The notes: generated from the letters alone by a model not told the origin. A stretch of DNA of 64,000 nt from Azolla caroliniana (GCA_043228905.1 JBHGNT010000120.1:1-64000); one strand, 5' to 3'; shown: positions 10,475 to 24,316, counted from the stretch's first letter. Made by a program: numbers and translations.

Positions 10475-11237
10475 ATTAGGATTAGGTTCCGCTTCTCGAG
10501 AATCGGAATACAACGAGACTGTTGCGCAATCAATACATGCGTGGATCCCTTGGGGAAGGGATAACATCGCGTATTTGAACGTAATCATCGATCACGACGA
10601 TGCCGTTCACATATTTCTGATGCGCATTCGCTCGAGGGAACATATGAACAATGCCTTTCTTGCTTACGCTCGCCGTGCTCCTGTCTGGCCTGGTTTGAAT
10701 ACAAGCGAGTAGACGCAAGAATGTGATGACGCCCAGTCGTTGTATGATGTGTATTTGGACGTGGTCCTCAACAAGGATGACGTCGTTTGAAATTTAGAAA
10801 CAATCTACACGAAGGCCACCGCTAAGACGTCGCATGCGCGATACTCTTCATTTGGTTAGAGTAGAATGCGCGTATTCGAGATTCAACGATGCAAATTTAC
10901 GTACGAGTGGAAGAACCTAGCGGCCGGTATCATGAGACGAGAACGGTATCTACACATCGGAGATTGACAGTTTGAGACGAAAACTCTTCTCGAAGGTCAT
11001 TTGTATGGTTCATGCATGCTTTTCTATGGATTGCATTGCATGCGTCACACCGCATACCTTTATCCGATAAACCCATTTAAGCGCATCTCCGTAATGTGGC
11101 GAGTAATAGAATGGTAAGGTAAGTGACAAGAGATCCCATGAAAAATACGATGATCAAGAAATATGATGAGAAATGAGAGATCCTATCCGATCACGTGCGA
11201 GATCTTCATTCCTTTCACGTTTCGATGAATGGTCGAA

Positions 11238-11310
11238 GATCCTATGGCCTAATGGATAAGGCGTTGGTCTTCGAAACCAAAGATTCTAGGTTCGACCCCT
11301 AGTAGGATCG
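11238..11310 (+). tRNA. trnR-UCG: tRNA-Arg(TCG), unit 10
   Basis: copy of 573-645. Confidence 0.95.
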
Positions 11311-11586
11311 GTTTAGAATCGTGACCCTAGTGTACGTCGACATCAAGAACACGACGACCAAGGATCATTCACGGAGTCATAATGCGCATCCGTCTCGACC
11401 GTCTAGAAAATGCGCGGATCTTGTATCCGCTGTTTTGGCTTAATGGATGCATTCATTTACGAGGATGATGATGTTTAATAGGTAAAAGAAATGGAACGGT
11501 TTATCCGGCACAAATTCCTCATCAAAAGTGCATCGCATGTCCATCGCGATCCTCAATGGAAGTACATTTTCCAATGGAAAACCGAA

Positions 11587-11659
11587 GATCCTATGGCCCA
11601 ATGGATAAGGCGCTGGTCTACGAAACCAGAGATTCTAGGTTCGATCCCTGGTAGGATCG
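11587..11659 (+). tRNA. trnR-ACG: tRNA-Arg(ACG), unit 10
   Basis: copy of 922-994. Confidence 0.95.
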
Positions 11660-12422
11660 ATTAGGATTAGGTTCCGCTTCTCGAGAATCGGAATACAACG
11701 AGACTGTTGCGCAATCAATACATGCGTGGATCCCTTGGGGAAGGGATAACATCGCGTATTTGAACGTAATCATCGATCACGACGATGCCGTTCACATATT
11801 TCTGATGCGCATTCGCTCGAGGGAACATATGAACAATGCCTTTCTTGCTTACGCTCGCCGTGCTCCTGTCTGGCCTGGTTTGAATACAAGCGAGTAGACG
11901 CAAGAATGTGATGACGCCCAGTCGTTGTATGATGTGTATTTGGACGTGGTCCTCAACAAGGATGACGTCGTTTGAAATTTAGAAACAATCTACACGAAGG
12001 CCACCGCTAAGACGTCGCATGCGCGATACTCTTCATTTGGTTAGAGTAGAATGCGCGTATTCGAGATTCAACGATGCAAATTTACGTACGAGTGGAAGAA
12101 CCTAGCGGCCGGTATCATGAGACGAGAACGGTATCTACACATCGGAGATTGACAGTTTGAGACGAAAACTCTTCTCGAAGGTCATTTGTATGGTTCATGC
12201 ATGCTTTTCTATGGATTGCATTGCATGCGTCACACCGCATACCTTTATCCGATAAACCCATTTAAGCGCATCTCCGTAATGTGGCGAGTAATAGAATGGT
12301 AAGGTAAGTGACAAGAGATCCCATGAAAAATACGATGATCAAGAAATATGATGAGAAATGAGAGATCCTATCCGATCACGTGCGAGATCTTCATTCCTTT
12401 CACGTTTCGATGAATGGTCGAA

Positions 12423-12495
12423 GATCCTATGGCCTAATGGATAAGGCGTTGGTCTTCGAAACCAAAGATTCTAGGTTCGACCCCTAGTAGGATCG
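12423..12495 (+). tRNA. trnR-UCG: tRNA-Arg(TCG), unit 11
   Basis: copy of 573-645. Confidence 0.95.
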
Positions 12496-12771
12496 GTTTA
12501 GAATCGTGACCCTAGTGTACGTCGACATCAAGAACACGACGACCAAGGATCATTCACGGAGTCATAATGCGCATCCGTCTCGACCGTCTAGAAAATGCGC
12601 GGATCTTGTATCCGCTGTTTTGGCTTAATGGATGCATTCATTTACGAGGATGATGATGTTTAATAGGTAAAAGAAATGGAACGGTTTATCCGGCACAAAT
12701 TCCTCATCAAAAGTGCATCGCATGTCCATCGCGATCCTCAATGGAAGTACATTTTCCAATGGAAAACCGAA

Positions 12772-12844
12772 GATCCTATGGCCCAATGGATAAGGCGCTG
12801 GTCTACGAAACCAGAGATTCTAGGTTCGATCCCTGGTAGGATCG
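12772..12844 (+). tRNA. trnR-ACG: tRNA-Arg(ACG), unit 11
   Basis: copy of 922-994. Confidence 0.95.
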
Positions 12845-13607
12845 ATTAGGATTAGGTTCCGCTTCTCGAGAATCGGAATACAACGAGACTGTTGCGCAAT
12901 CAATACATGCGTGGATCCCTTGGGGAAGGGATAACATCGCGTATTTGAACGTAATCATCGATCACGACGATGCCGTTCACATATTTCTGATGCGCATTCG
13001 CTCGAGGGAACATATGAACAATGCCTTTCTTGCTTACGCTCGCCGTGCTCCTGTCTGGCCTGGTTTGAATACAAGCGAGTAGACGCAAGAATGTGATGAC
13101 GCCCAGTCGTTGTATGATGTGTATTTGGACGTGGTCCTCAACAAGGATGACGTCGTTTGAAATTTAGAAACAATCTACACGAAGGCCACCGCTAAGACGT
13201 CGCATGCGCGATACTCTTCATTTGGTTAGAGTAGAATGCGCGTATTCGAGATTCAACGATGCAAATTTACGTACGAGTGGAAGAACCTAGCGGCCGGTAT
13301 CATGAGACGAGAACGGTATCTACACATCGGAGATTGACAGTTTGAGACGAAAACTCTTCTCGAAGGTCATTTGTATGGTTCATGCATGCTTTTCTATGGA
13401 TTGCATTGCATGCGTCACACCGCATACCTTTATCCGATAAACCCATTTAAGCGCATCTCCGTAATGTGGCGAGTAATAGAATGGTAAGGTAAGTGACAAG
13501 AGATCCCATGAAAAATACGATGATCAAGAAATATGATGAGAAATGAGAGATCCTATCCGATCACGTGCGAGATCTTCATTCCTTTCACGTTTCGATGAAT
13601 GGTCGAA

Positions 13608-13680
13608 GATCCTATGGCCTAATGGATAAGGCGTTGGTCTTCGAAACCAAAGATTCTAGGTTCGACCCCTAGTAGGATCG
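13608..13680 (+). tRNA. trnR-UCG: tRNA-Arg(TCG), unit 12
   Basis: copy of 573-645. Confidence 0.95.
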
Positions 13681-13956
13681 GTTTAGAATCGTGACCCTAG
13701 TGTACGTCGACATCAAGAACACGACGACCAAGGATCATTCACGGAGTCATAATGCGCATCCGTCTCGACCGTCTAGAAAATGCGCGGATCTTGTATCCGC
13801 TGTTTTGGCTTAATGGATGCATTCATTTACGAGGATGATGATGTTTAATAGGTAAAAGAAATGGAACGGTTTATCCGGCACAAATTCCTCATCAAAAGTG
13901 CATCGCATGTCCATCGCGATCCTCAATGGAAGTACATTTTCCAATGGAAAACCGAA

Positions 13957-14029
13957 GATCCTATGGCCCAATGGATAAGGCGCTGGTCTACGAAACCAGA
14001 GATTCTAGGTTCGATCCCTGGTAGGATCG
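13957..14029 (+). tRNA. trnR-ACG: tRNA-Arg(ACG), unit 12
   Basis: copy of 922-994. Confidence 0.95.
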
Positions 14030-14764
14030 ATTAGGATTAGGTTCCGCTTCTCGAGAATCGGAATACAACGAGACTGTTGCGCAATCAATACATGCGTGGA
14101 TCCCTTGGGGAAGGGATAACATCGCGTATTTGAACGTAATCATCGATCACGACGATGCCGTTCACATATTTCTGATGCGCATTCGCTCGAGGGAACATAT
14201 GAACAATGCCTTTCTTGCTTACGCTCGCCGTGCTCCTGTCTGGCCTGGTTTGAATACAAGCGAGTAGACGCAAGAATGTGATGACGCCCAGTCGTTGTAT
14301 GATGTGTATTTGGACGTGGTCCTCAACAAGGATGACGTCGTTTGAAATTTAGAAACAATCTACACGAAGGCCACCGCTAAGACGTCGCATGCGCGATACT
14401 CTTCATTTGGTTAGAGTAGAATGCGCGTATTCGAGATTCAACGATGCAAATTTACGTACGAGTGGAAGAACCTAGCGGCCGGTATCATGAGACGAGAACG
14501 GTATCTACACATCGGAGATTGACTCATTTGTATGGTTCATGCATGCTTTTCTATGGATTGCATTGCATGCGTCACACCGCATACCTTTATCCGATAAACC
14601 CATTTAAGCGCATCTCCGTAATGTGGCGAGTAATAGAATGGTAAGGTAAGTGACAAGAGATCCCATGAAAAATACGATGATCAAGAAATATGATGAGAAA
14701 TGAGAGATCCTATCCGATCACGTGCGAGATCTTCATTCCTTTCACGTTTCGATGAATGGTCGAA

Positions 14765-14837
14765 GATCCTATGGCCTAATGGATAAGGCGTTGGTCTTCG
14801 AAACCAAAGATTCTAGGTTCGACCCCTAGTAGGATCG
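14765..14837 (+). tRNA. trnR-UCG: tRNA-Arg(TCG), unit 13
   Basis: copy of 573-645. Confidence 0.95.
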
Positions 14838-15113
14838 GTTTAGAATCGTGACCCTAGTGTACGTCGACATCAAGAACACGACGACCAAGGATCATTCACG
14901 GAGTCATAATGCGCATCCGTCTCGACCGTCTAGAAAATGCGCGGATCTTGTATCCGCTGTTTTGGCTTAATGGATGCATTCATTTACGAGGATGATGATG
15001 TTTAATAGGTAAAAGAAATGGAACGGTTTATCCGGCACAAATTCCTCATCAAAAGTGCATCGCATGTCCATCGCGATCCTCAATGGAAGTACATTTTCCA
15101 ATGGAAAACCGAA

Positions 15114-15186
15114 GATCCTATGGCCCAATGGATAAGGCGCTGGTCTACGAAACCAGAGATTCTAGGTTCGATCCCTGGTAGGATCG
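15114..15186 (+). tRNA. trnR-ACG: tRNA-Arg(ACG), unit 13
   Basis: copy of 922-994. Confidence 0.95.
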
Positions 15187-15949
15187 ATTAGGATTAGGTT
15201 CCGCTTCTCGAGAATCGGAATACAACGAGACTGTTGCGCAATCAATACATGCGTGGATCCCTTGGGGAAGGGATAACATCGCGTATTTGAACGTAATCAT
15301 CGATCACGACGATGCCGTTCACATATTTCTGATGCGCATTCGCTCGAGGGAACATATGAACAATGCCTTTCTTGCTTACGCTCGCCGTGCTCCTGTCTGG
15401 CCTGGTTTGAATACAAGCGAGTAGACGCAAGAATGTGATGACGCCCAGTCGTTGTATGATGTGTATTTGGACGTGGTCCTCAACAAGGATGACGTCGTTT
15501 GAAATTTAGAAACAATCTACACGAAGGCCACCGCTAAGACGTCGCATGCGCGATACTCTTCATTTGGTTAGAGTAGAATGCGCGTATTCGAGATTCAACG
15601 ATGCAAATTTACGTACGAGTGGAAGAACCTAGCGGCCGGTATCATGAGACGAGAACGGTATCTACACATCGGAGATTGACAGTTTGAGACGAAAACTCTT
15701 CTCGAAGGTCATTTGTATGGTTCATGCATGCTTTTCTATGGATTGCATTGCATGCGTCACACCGCATACCTTTATCCGATAAACCCATTTAAGCGCATCT
15801 CCGTAATGTGGCGAGTAATAGAATGGTAAGGTAAGTGACAAGAGATCCCATGAAAAATACGATGATCAAGAAATATGATGAGAAATGAGAGATCCTATCC
15901 GATCACGTGCGAGATCTTCATTCCTTTCACGTTTCGATGAATGGTCGAA

Positions 15950-16022
15950 GATCCTATGGCCTAATGGATAAGGCGTTGGTCTTCGAAACCAAAGATTCTA
16001 GGTTCGACCCCTAGTAGGATCG
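15950..16022 (+). tRNA. trnR-UCG: tRNA-Arg(TCG), unit 14
   Basis: copy of 573-645. Confidence 0.95.
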
Positions 16023-16298
16023 GTTTAGAATCGTGACCCTAGTGTACGTCGACATCAAGAACACGACGACCAAGGATCATTCACGGAGTCATAATGCGCA
16101 TCCGTCTCGACCGTCTAGAAAATGCGCGGATCTTGTATCCGCTGTTTTGGCTTAATGGATGCATTCATTTACGAGGATGATGATGTTTAATAGGTAAAAG
16201 AAATGGAACGGTTTATCCGGCGCAAATTCCTCATCAAAAGTGCATCGCATGTCCATCGCGATCCTCAATGGAAGTACATTTTCCAATGGAAAACCGAA

Positions 16299-16371
16299 GA
16301 TCCTATGGCCCAATGGATAAGGCGCTGGTCTACGAAACCAGAGATTCTAGGTTCGATCCCTGGTAGGATCG
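16299..16371 (+). tRNA. trnR-ACG: tRNA-Arg(ACG), unit 14
   Basis: copy of 922-994. Confidence 0.95.
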
Positions 16372-17134
16372 ATTAGGATCAGGTTCCGCTTCTCGAGAAT
16401 CGGAATACAACGAGACTGTTGCGCAATCAATACATGCGTGGATCCCTTGGGGAAGGGATAACATCGCGTATTTGAACGTAATCATCGATCACGACGATGC
16501 CGTTCACATATTTCTGATGCGCATTCGCTCGAGGGAACATATGAACAATGCCTTTCTTGCTTACGCTCGCCGTGCTCCTGTCTGGCCTGGTTTGAATACA
16601 AGCGAGTAGACGCAAGAATGTGATGACGCCCAGTCGTTGTATGATGTGTATTTGGACGTGGTCCTCAACAAGGATGACGTCGTTTGAAATTTAGAAACAA
16701 TCTACACGAAGGCCACCGCTAAGACGTCGCATGCGCGATACTCTTCATTTGGTTAGAGTAGAATGCGCGTATTCGAGATTCAACGATGCAAATTTACGTA
16801 CGAGTGGAAGAACCTAGCGGCCGGTATCATGAGACGGGAACGGTATCTACACATCGGAGATTGACAGTTTGAGACGAAAACTCTTCTCGAAGGTCATTTG
16901 TATGGTTCATGCATGCTTTTCTATGGATTGCATTGCATGCGTCACACCGCATACCTTTATCCGATAAACCCATTTAAGCGCATCTCCGTAATGTGGCGAG
17001 TAATAGAATGGTAAGGTAAGTGACAAGAGATCCCATGAAAAATACGATGATCAAGAAATATGATGAGAAATGAGAGATCCTATCCGATCACGTGCGAGAT
17101 CTTCATTCCTTTCACGTTTCGATGAATGGTCGAA

Positions 17135-17207
17135 GATCCTATGGCCTAATGGATAAGGCGTTGGTCTTCGAAACCAAAGATTCTAGGTTCGACCCCTAGT
17201 AGGATCG
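17135..17207 (+). tRNA. trnR-UCG: tRNA-Arg(TCG), unit 15
   Basis: copy of 573-645. Confidence 0.95.
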
Positions 17208-17483
17208 GTTTAGAATCGTGACCCTAGTGTACGTCGACATCAAGAACACGACGACCAAGGATCATTCACGGAGTCATAATGCGCATCCGTCTCGACCGTC
17301 TAGAAAATGCGCGGATCTTGTATCCGCTGTTTTGGCTTAATGGATGCATTCATTTACGAGGATGATGATGTTTAATAGGTAAGAGAAATGGAACGGTTTA
17401 TCCGGCACAAATTCCTCATCAAAAGTGCATCGCATGTCCATCGCGATCCTCAATGGAAGTACATTTTCCAATGGAAAACCGAA

Positions 17484-17556
17484 GATCCTATGGCCCAATG
17501 GATAAGGCGCTGGTCTACGAAACCAGAGATTCTAGGTTCGATCCCTGGTAGGATCG
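17484..17556 (+). tRNA. trnR-ACG: tRNA-Arg(ACG), unit 15
   Basis: copy of 922-994. Confidence 0.95.
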
Positions 17557-18318
17557 ATTAGGATCAGGTTCCGCTTCTCGAGAATCGGAATACAACGAGA
17601 CTGTTGCGCAATCAATACATGCGTGGATCCCTTGGGGAAGGGATAACATCGCGTATTTGAACGTAATCATCGATCACGACGATGCCGTTCACATATTTCT
17701 GATGCGCATTCGCTCGAGGGAACATATGAACAATCCCTTTCTTGCTTACGCTCGCCGTGCTCCTGTCTGGCCTGGTTTGAATACAAGCGAGTAGACGCAA
17801 GAATGTGATGACGCCCAGTCGTTGTATGATGTGTATTTGGACGTGGTCCTCAACAAGGATGACGTCGTTTGAAATTTAGAAACAATCTACACGAAGGCCA
17901 CCGCTAAGACGTCGCATGCGCGATACTCTTCATTTGGTTAGAGTAGAATGCGCGTATTCGAGATTCAACGATGCAAATTTACGTACGAGTGGAAGAACCT
18001 AGCGGCCGGTATCATGAGACGGGAACGGTATCTACACATCGGAGATTGACAGTTTGAGACGAAAACTCTTCTCGAAGGTCATTTGTATGGTTCATGCATG
18101 CTTTTCTATGGATTGCATTGCATGCGTCACACCGCATACCTTTATCCGATAAACCCATTTAAGCGCATCTCCGTAATGTGGCGAGTAATAGAATGGTAAG
18201 GTAAGTGACAAGAGATCCCATGAAAAATACGATGATCAAGAAATATGATGAGAAATGAGAGATCCTATCCGATCACGTGCGAGATCTTCATTCCTTCACG
18301 TTTCGATGAATGGTCGAA

Positions 18319-18391
18319 GATCCTATGGCCTAATGGATAAGGCGTTGGTCTTCGAAACCAAAGATTCTAGGTTCGACCCCTAGTAGGATCG
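18319..18391 (+). tRNA. trnR-UCG: tRNA-Arg(TCG), unit 16
   Basis: copy of 573-645; 1-bp deletion (CCTTT>CCTT) just upstream near 18295. Confidence 0.95.
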
Positions 18392-18667
18392 GTTTAGAAT
18401 CGTGACCCTAGTGTACGTCGACATCAAGAACACGACGACCAAGGATCATTCACGGAGTCATAATGCGCATCCGTCTCGACCGTCTAGAAAATGCGCGGAT
18501 CTTGTATCCGCTGTTTTGGCTTAATGGATGCATTCATTTACGAGGATGATGATGTTTAATAGGTAAGAGAAATGGAACGGTTTATCCGGCGCAAATTCCT
18601 CATCAAAAGTGCATCGCATGTCCATCGCGATCCTCAATGGAAGTACATTTTCCAATGGAAAACCGAA

Positions 18668-18740
18668 GATCCTATGGCCCAATGGATAAGGCGCTGGTCT
18701 ACGAAACCAGAGATTCTAGGTTCGATCCCTGGTAGGATCG
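18668..18740 (+). tRNA. trnR-ACG: tRNA-Arg(ACG), unit 16
   Basis: copy of 922-994. Confidence 0.95.
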
Positions 18741-19503
18741 ATTAGGATCAGGTTCCGCTTCTCGAGAATCGGAATACAACGAGACTGTTGCGCAATCAAT
18801 ACATGCGTGGATCCCTTGGGGAAGGGATAACATCGCGTATTTGAACGTAATCATCGATCACGACGATGCCGTTCACATATTTCTGATGCGCATTCGCTCG
18901 AGGGAACATATGAACAATGCCTTTCTTGCTTACGCTCGCCGTGCTCCTGTCTGGCCTGGTTTGAATACAAGCGAGTAGACGCAAGAATGTGATGACGCCC
19001 AGTCGTTGTATGATGTGTATTTGGACGTGGTCCTCAACAAGGATGACGTCGTTTGAAATTTAGAAACAATCTACACGAAGGCCACCGCTAAGACGTCGCA
19101 TGCGCGATACTCTTCATTTGGTTAGAGTAGAATGCGCGTATTCGAGATTCAACGATGCAAATTTACGTACGAGTGGAAGAACCTAGCGGCCGGTATCATG
19201 AGACGGGAACGGTATCTACACATCGGAGATTGACAGTTTGAGACGAAAACTCTTCTCGAAGGTCATTTGTATGGTTCATGCATGCTTTTCTATGGATTGC
19301 ATTGCATGCGTCACACCGCATACCTTTATCCGATAAACCCATTTAAGCGCATCTCCGTAATGTGGCGAGTAATAGAATGGTAAGGTAAGTGACAAGAGAT
19401 CCCATGAAAAATACGATGATCAAGAAATATGATGAGAAATGAGAGATCCTATCCGATCACGTGCGAGATCTTCATTCCTTTCACGTTTCGATGAATGGTC
19501 GAA

Positions 19504-19576
19504 GATCCTATGGCCTAATGGATAAGGCGTTGGTCTTCGAAACCAAAGATTCTAGGTTCGACCCCTAGTAGGATCG
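19504..19576 (+). tRNA. trnR-UCG: tRNA-Arg(TCG), unit 17
   Basis: copy of 573-645. Confidence 0.95.
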
Positions 19577-19852
19577 GTTTAGAATCGTGACCCTAGTGTA
19601 CGTCGACATCAAGAACACGACGACCAAGGATCATTCACGGAGTCATAATGCGCATCCGTCTCGACCGTCTAGAAAATGCGCGGATCTTGTATCCGCTGTT
19701 TTGGCTTAATGGATGCATTCATTTACGAGGATGATGATGTTTAATAGGTAAAAGAAATGGAACGGTTTATCCGGCGCAAATTCCTCATCAAAAGTGCATC
19801 GCATGTCCATCGCGATCCTCAATGGAAGTACATTTTCCAATGGAAAACCGAA

Positions 19853-19925
19853 GATCCTATGGCCCAATGGATAAGGCGCTGGTCTACGAAACCAGAGATT
19901 CTAGGTTCGATCCCTGGTAGGATCG
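19853..19925 (+). tRNA. trnR-ACG: tRNA-Arg(ACG), unit 17
   Basis: copy of 922-994. Confidence 0.95.
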
Positions 19926-20688
19926 ATTAGGATCAGGTTCCGCTTCTCGAGAATCGGAATACAACGAGACTGTTGCGCAATCAATACATGCGTGGATCCC
20001 TTGGGGAAGGGATAACATCGCGTATTTGAACGTAATCATCGATCACGACGATGCCGTTCACATATTTCTGATGCGCATTCGCTCGAGGGAACATATGAAC
20101 AATGCCTTTCTTGCTTACGCTCGCCGTGCTCCTGTCTGGCCTGGTTTGAATACAAGCGAGTAGACGCAAGAATGTGATGACGCCCAGTCGTTGTATGATG
20201 TGTATTTGGACGTGGTCCTCAACAAGGATGACGTCGTTTGAAATTTAGAAACAATCTACACGAAGGCCACCGCTAAGACGTCGCATGCGCGATACTCTTC
20301 ATTTGGTTAGAGTAGAATGCGCGTATTCGAGATTCAACGATGCAAATTTACGTACGAGTGGAAGAACCTAGCGGCCGGTATCATGAGACGGGAACGGTAT
20401 CTACACATCGGAGATTGACAGTTTGAGACGAAAACTCTTCTCGAAGGTCATTTGTATGGTTCATGCATGCTTTTCTATGGATTGCATTGCATGCGTCACA
20501 CCGCATACCTTTATCCGATAAACCCATTTAAGCGCATCTCCGTAATGTGGCGAGTAATAGAATGGTAAGGTAAGTGACAAGAGATCCCATGAAAAATACG
20601 ATGATCAAGAAATATGATGAGAAATGAGAGATCCTATCCGATCACGTGCGAGATCTTCATTCCTTTCACGTTTCGATGAATGGTCGAA

Positions 20689-20761
20689 GATCCTATGGCC
20701 TAATGGATAAGGCGTTGGTCTTCGAAACCAAAGATTCTAGGTTCGACCCCTAGTAGGATCG
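20689..20761 (+). tRNA. trnR-UCG: tRNA-Arg(TCG), unit 18
   Basis: copy of 573-645. Confidence 0.95.
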
Positions 20762-21037
20762 GTTTAGAATCGTGACCCTAGTGTACGTCGACATCAAGAA
20801 CACGACGACCAAGGATCATTCACGGAGTCATAATGCGCATCCGTCTCGACCGTCTAGAAAATGCGCGGATCTTGTATCCGCTGTTTTGGCTTAATGGATG
20901 CATTCATTTACGAGGATGATGATGTTTAATAGGTAAGAGAAATGGAACGGTTTATCCGGCGCAAATTCCTCATCAAAAGTGCATCGCATGTCCATCGCGA
21001 TCCTCAATGGAAGTACATTTTCCAATGGAAAACCGAA

Positions 21038-21110
21038 GATCCTATGGCCCAATGGATAAGGCGCTGGTCTACGAAACCAGAGATTCTAGGTTCGATCCCT
21101 GGTAGGATCG
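21038..21110 (+). tRNA. trnR-ACG: tRNA-Arg(ACG), unit 18
   Basis: copy of 922-994. Confidence 0.95.
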
Positions 21111-21873
21111 ATTAGGATCAGGTTCCGCTTCTCGAGAATCGGAATACAACGAGACTGTTGCGCAATCAATACATGCGTGGATCCCTTGGGGAAGGGATAA
21201 CATCGCGTATTTGAACGTAATCATCGATCACGACGATGCCGTTCACATATTTCTGATGCGCATTCGCTCGAGGGAACATATGAACAATGCCTTTCTTGCT
21301 TACGCTCGCCGTGCTCCTGTCTGGCCTGGTTTGAATACAAGCGAGTAGACGCAAGAATGTGATGACGCCCAGTCGTTGTATGATGTGTATTTGGACGTGG
21401 TCCTCAACAAGGATGACGTCGTTTGAAATTTAGAAACAATCTACACGAAGGCCACCGCTAAGACGTCGCATGCGCGATACTCTTCATTTGGTTAGAGTAG
21501 AATGCGCGTATTCGAGATTCAACGATGCAAATTTACGTACGAGTGGAAGAACCTAGCGGCCGGTATCATGAGACGGGAACGGTATCTACACATCGGAGAT
21601 TGACAGTTTGAGACGAAAACTCTTCTCGAAGGTCATTTGTATGGTTCATGCATGCTTTTCTATGGATTGCATTGCATGCGTCACACCGCATACCTTTATC
21701 CGATAAACCCATTTAAGCGCATCTCCGTAATGTGGCGAGTAATAGAATGGTAAGGTAAGTGACAAGAGATCCCATGAAAAATACGATGATCAAGAAATAT
21801 GATGAGAAATGAGAGATCCTATCCGATCACGTGCGAGATCTTCATTCCTTTCACGTTTCGATGAATGGTCGAA

Positions 21874-21946
21874 GATCCTATGGCCTAATGGATAAGGCGT
21901 CGGTCTTCGAAACCAAAGATTCTAGGTTCGACCCCTAGTAGGATCG
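21874..21946 (+). tRNA. trnR-UCG: tRNA-Arg(TCG), unit 19, T28C variant
   Basis: copy of 573-645 with C at 21901 (C28-A42 mismatch). Confidence 0.9.
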
Positions 21947-22222
21947 GTTTAGAATCGTGACCCTAGTGTACGTCGACATCAAGAACACGACGACCAAGGA
22001 TCATTCACGGAGTCATAATGCGCATCCGTCTCGACCGTCTAGAAAATGCGCGGATCTTGTATCCGCTGTTTTGGCTTAATGGATGCATTCATTTACGAGG
22101 ATGATGATGTTTAATAGGTAAAAGAAATGGAACGGTTTATCCGGCGCAAATTCCTCATCAAAAGTGCATCGCATGTCCATCGCGATCCTCAATGGAAGTA
22201 CATTTTCCAATGGAAAACCGAA

Positions 22223-22295
22223 GATCCTATGGCCCAATGGATAAGGCGCTGGTCTACGAAACCAGAGATTCTAGGTTCGATCCCTGGTAGGATCG
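22223..22295 (+). tRNA. trnR-ACG: tRNA-Arg(ACG), unit 19
   Basis: copy of 922-994. Confidence 0.95.
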
Positions 22296-23058
22296 ATTAG
22301 GATCAGGTTCCGCTTCTCGAGAATCGGAATACAACGAGACTGTTGCGCAATCAATACATGCGTGGATCCCTTGGGGAAGGGATAACATCGCGTATTTGAA
22401 CGTAATCATCGATCACGACGATGCCGTTCACATATTTCTGATGCGCATTCGCTCGAGGGAACATATGAACAATGCCTTTCTTGCTTACGCTCGCCGTGCT
22501 CCTGTCTGGCCTGGTTTGAATACAAGCGAGTAGACGCAAGAATGTGATGACGCCCAGTCGTTGTATGATGTGTATTTGGACGTGGTCCTCAACAAGGATG
22601 ACGTCGTTTGAAATTTAGAAACAATCTACACGAAGGCCACCGCTAAGACGTCGCATGCGCGATACTCTTCATTTGGTTAGAGTAGAATGCGCGTATTCGA
22701 GATTCAACGATGCAAATTTACGTACGAGTGGAAGAACCTAGCGGCCGGTATCATGAGACGGGAACGGTATCTACACATCGGAGATTGACAGTTTGAGACG
22801 AAAACTCTTCTCGAAGGTCATTTGTATGGTTCATGCATGCTTTTCTATGGATTGCATTGCATGCGTCACACCGCATACCTTTATCCGATAAACCCATTTA
22901 AGCGCATCTCCGTAATGTGGCGAGTAATAGAATGGTAAGGTAAGTGACAAGAGATCCCATGAAAAATACGATGATCAAGAAATATGATGAGAAATGAGAG
23001 ATCCTATCCGATCACGTGCGAGATCTTCATTCCTTTCACGTTTCGATGAATGGTCGAA

Positions 23059-23131
23059 GATCCTATGGCCTAATGGATAAGGCGTCGGTCTTCGAAACCA
23101 AAGATTCTAGGTTCGACCCCTAGTAGGATCG
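23059..23131 (+). tRNA. trnR-UCG: tRNA-Arg(TCG), unit 20, T28C variant
   Basis: copy of 573-645 with C at 23086. Confidence 0.9.
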
Positions 23132-23407
23132 GTTTAGAATCGTGACCCTAGTGTACGTCGACATCAAGAACACGACGACCAAGGATCATTCACGGAGTCA
23201 TAATGCGCATCCGTCTCGACCGTCTAGAAAATGCGCGGATCTTGTATCCGCTGTTTTGGCTTAATGGATGCATTCATTTACGAGGATGATGATGTTTAAT
23301 AGGTAAAAGAAATGGAACGGTTTATCCGGCGCAAATTCCTCATCAAAAGTGCATCGCATGTCCATCGCGATCCTCAATGGAAGTACATTTTCCAATGGAA
23401 AACCGAA

Positions 23408-23480
23408 GATCCTATGGCCCAATGGATAAGGCGCTGGTCTACGAAACCAGAGATTCTAGGTTCGATCCCTGGTAGGATCG
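23408..23480 (+). tRNA. trnR-ACG: tRNA-Arg(ACG), unit 20
   Basis: copy of 922-994. Confidence 0.95.
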
Positions 23481-24243
23481 ATTAGGATCAGGTTCCGCTT
23501 CTCGAGAATCGGAATACAACGAGACTGTTGCGCAATCAATACATGCGTGGATCCCTTGGGGAAGGGATAACATCGCGTATTTGAACGTAATCATCGATCA
23601 CGACGATGCCGTTCACATATTTCTGATGCGCATTCGCTCGAGGGAACATATGAACAATGCCTTTCTTGCTTACGCTCGCCGTGCTCCTGTCTGGCCTGGT
23701 TTGAATACAAGCGAGTAGACGCAAGAATGTGATGACGCCCAGTCGTTGTATGATGTGTATTTGGACGTGGTCCTCAACAAGGATGACGTCGTTTGAAATT
23801 TAGAAACAATCTACACGAAGGCCACCGCTAAGACGTCGCATGCGCGATACTCTTCATTTGGTTAGAGTAGAATGCGCGTATTCGAGATTCAACGATGCAA
23901 ATTTACGTACGAGTGGAAGAACCTAGCGGCCGGTATCATGAGACGGGAACGGTATCTACACATCGGAGATTGACAGTTTGAGACGAAAACTCTTCTCGAA
24001 GGTCATTTGTATGGTTCATGCATGCTTTTCTATGGATTGCATTGCATGCGTCACACCGCATACCTTTATCCGATAAACCCATTTAAGCGCATCTCCGTAA
24101 TGTGGCGAGTAATAGAATGGTAAGGTAAGTGACAAGAGATCCCATGAAAAATACGATGATCAAGAAATATGATGAGAAATGAGAGATCCTATCCGATCAC
24201 GTGCGAGATCTTCATTCCTTTCACGTTTCGATGAATGGTCGAA

Positions 24244-24316
24244 GATCCTATGGCCTAATGGATAAGGCGTCGGTCTTCGAAACCAAAGATTCTAGGTTCG
24301 ACCCCTAGTAGGATCG
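24244..24316 (+). tRNA. trnR-UCG: tRNA-Arg(TCG), unit 21, T28C variant
   Basis: copy of 573-645 with C at 24271. Confidence 0.9.

Larger units (their letters stand above)
14221..15377 (+). repeat. Variant unit 13 (1157 bp) with a 28-bp spacer deletion
   Basis: Reads GAGATTGAC|TCATTTG at 14523/14524; AGTTTGAGACGAAAACTCTTCTCGAAGG (unit offset 304-331) is missing. Confidence 0.95.

Noticed and set aside
14444-14644. 66-aa ORF unique to unit 13
   Set aside because: Created by the 28-bp deletion; no recognisable homology
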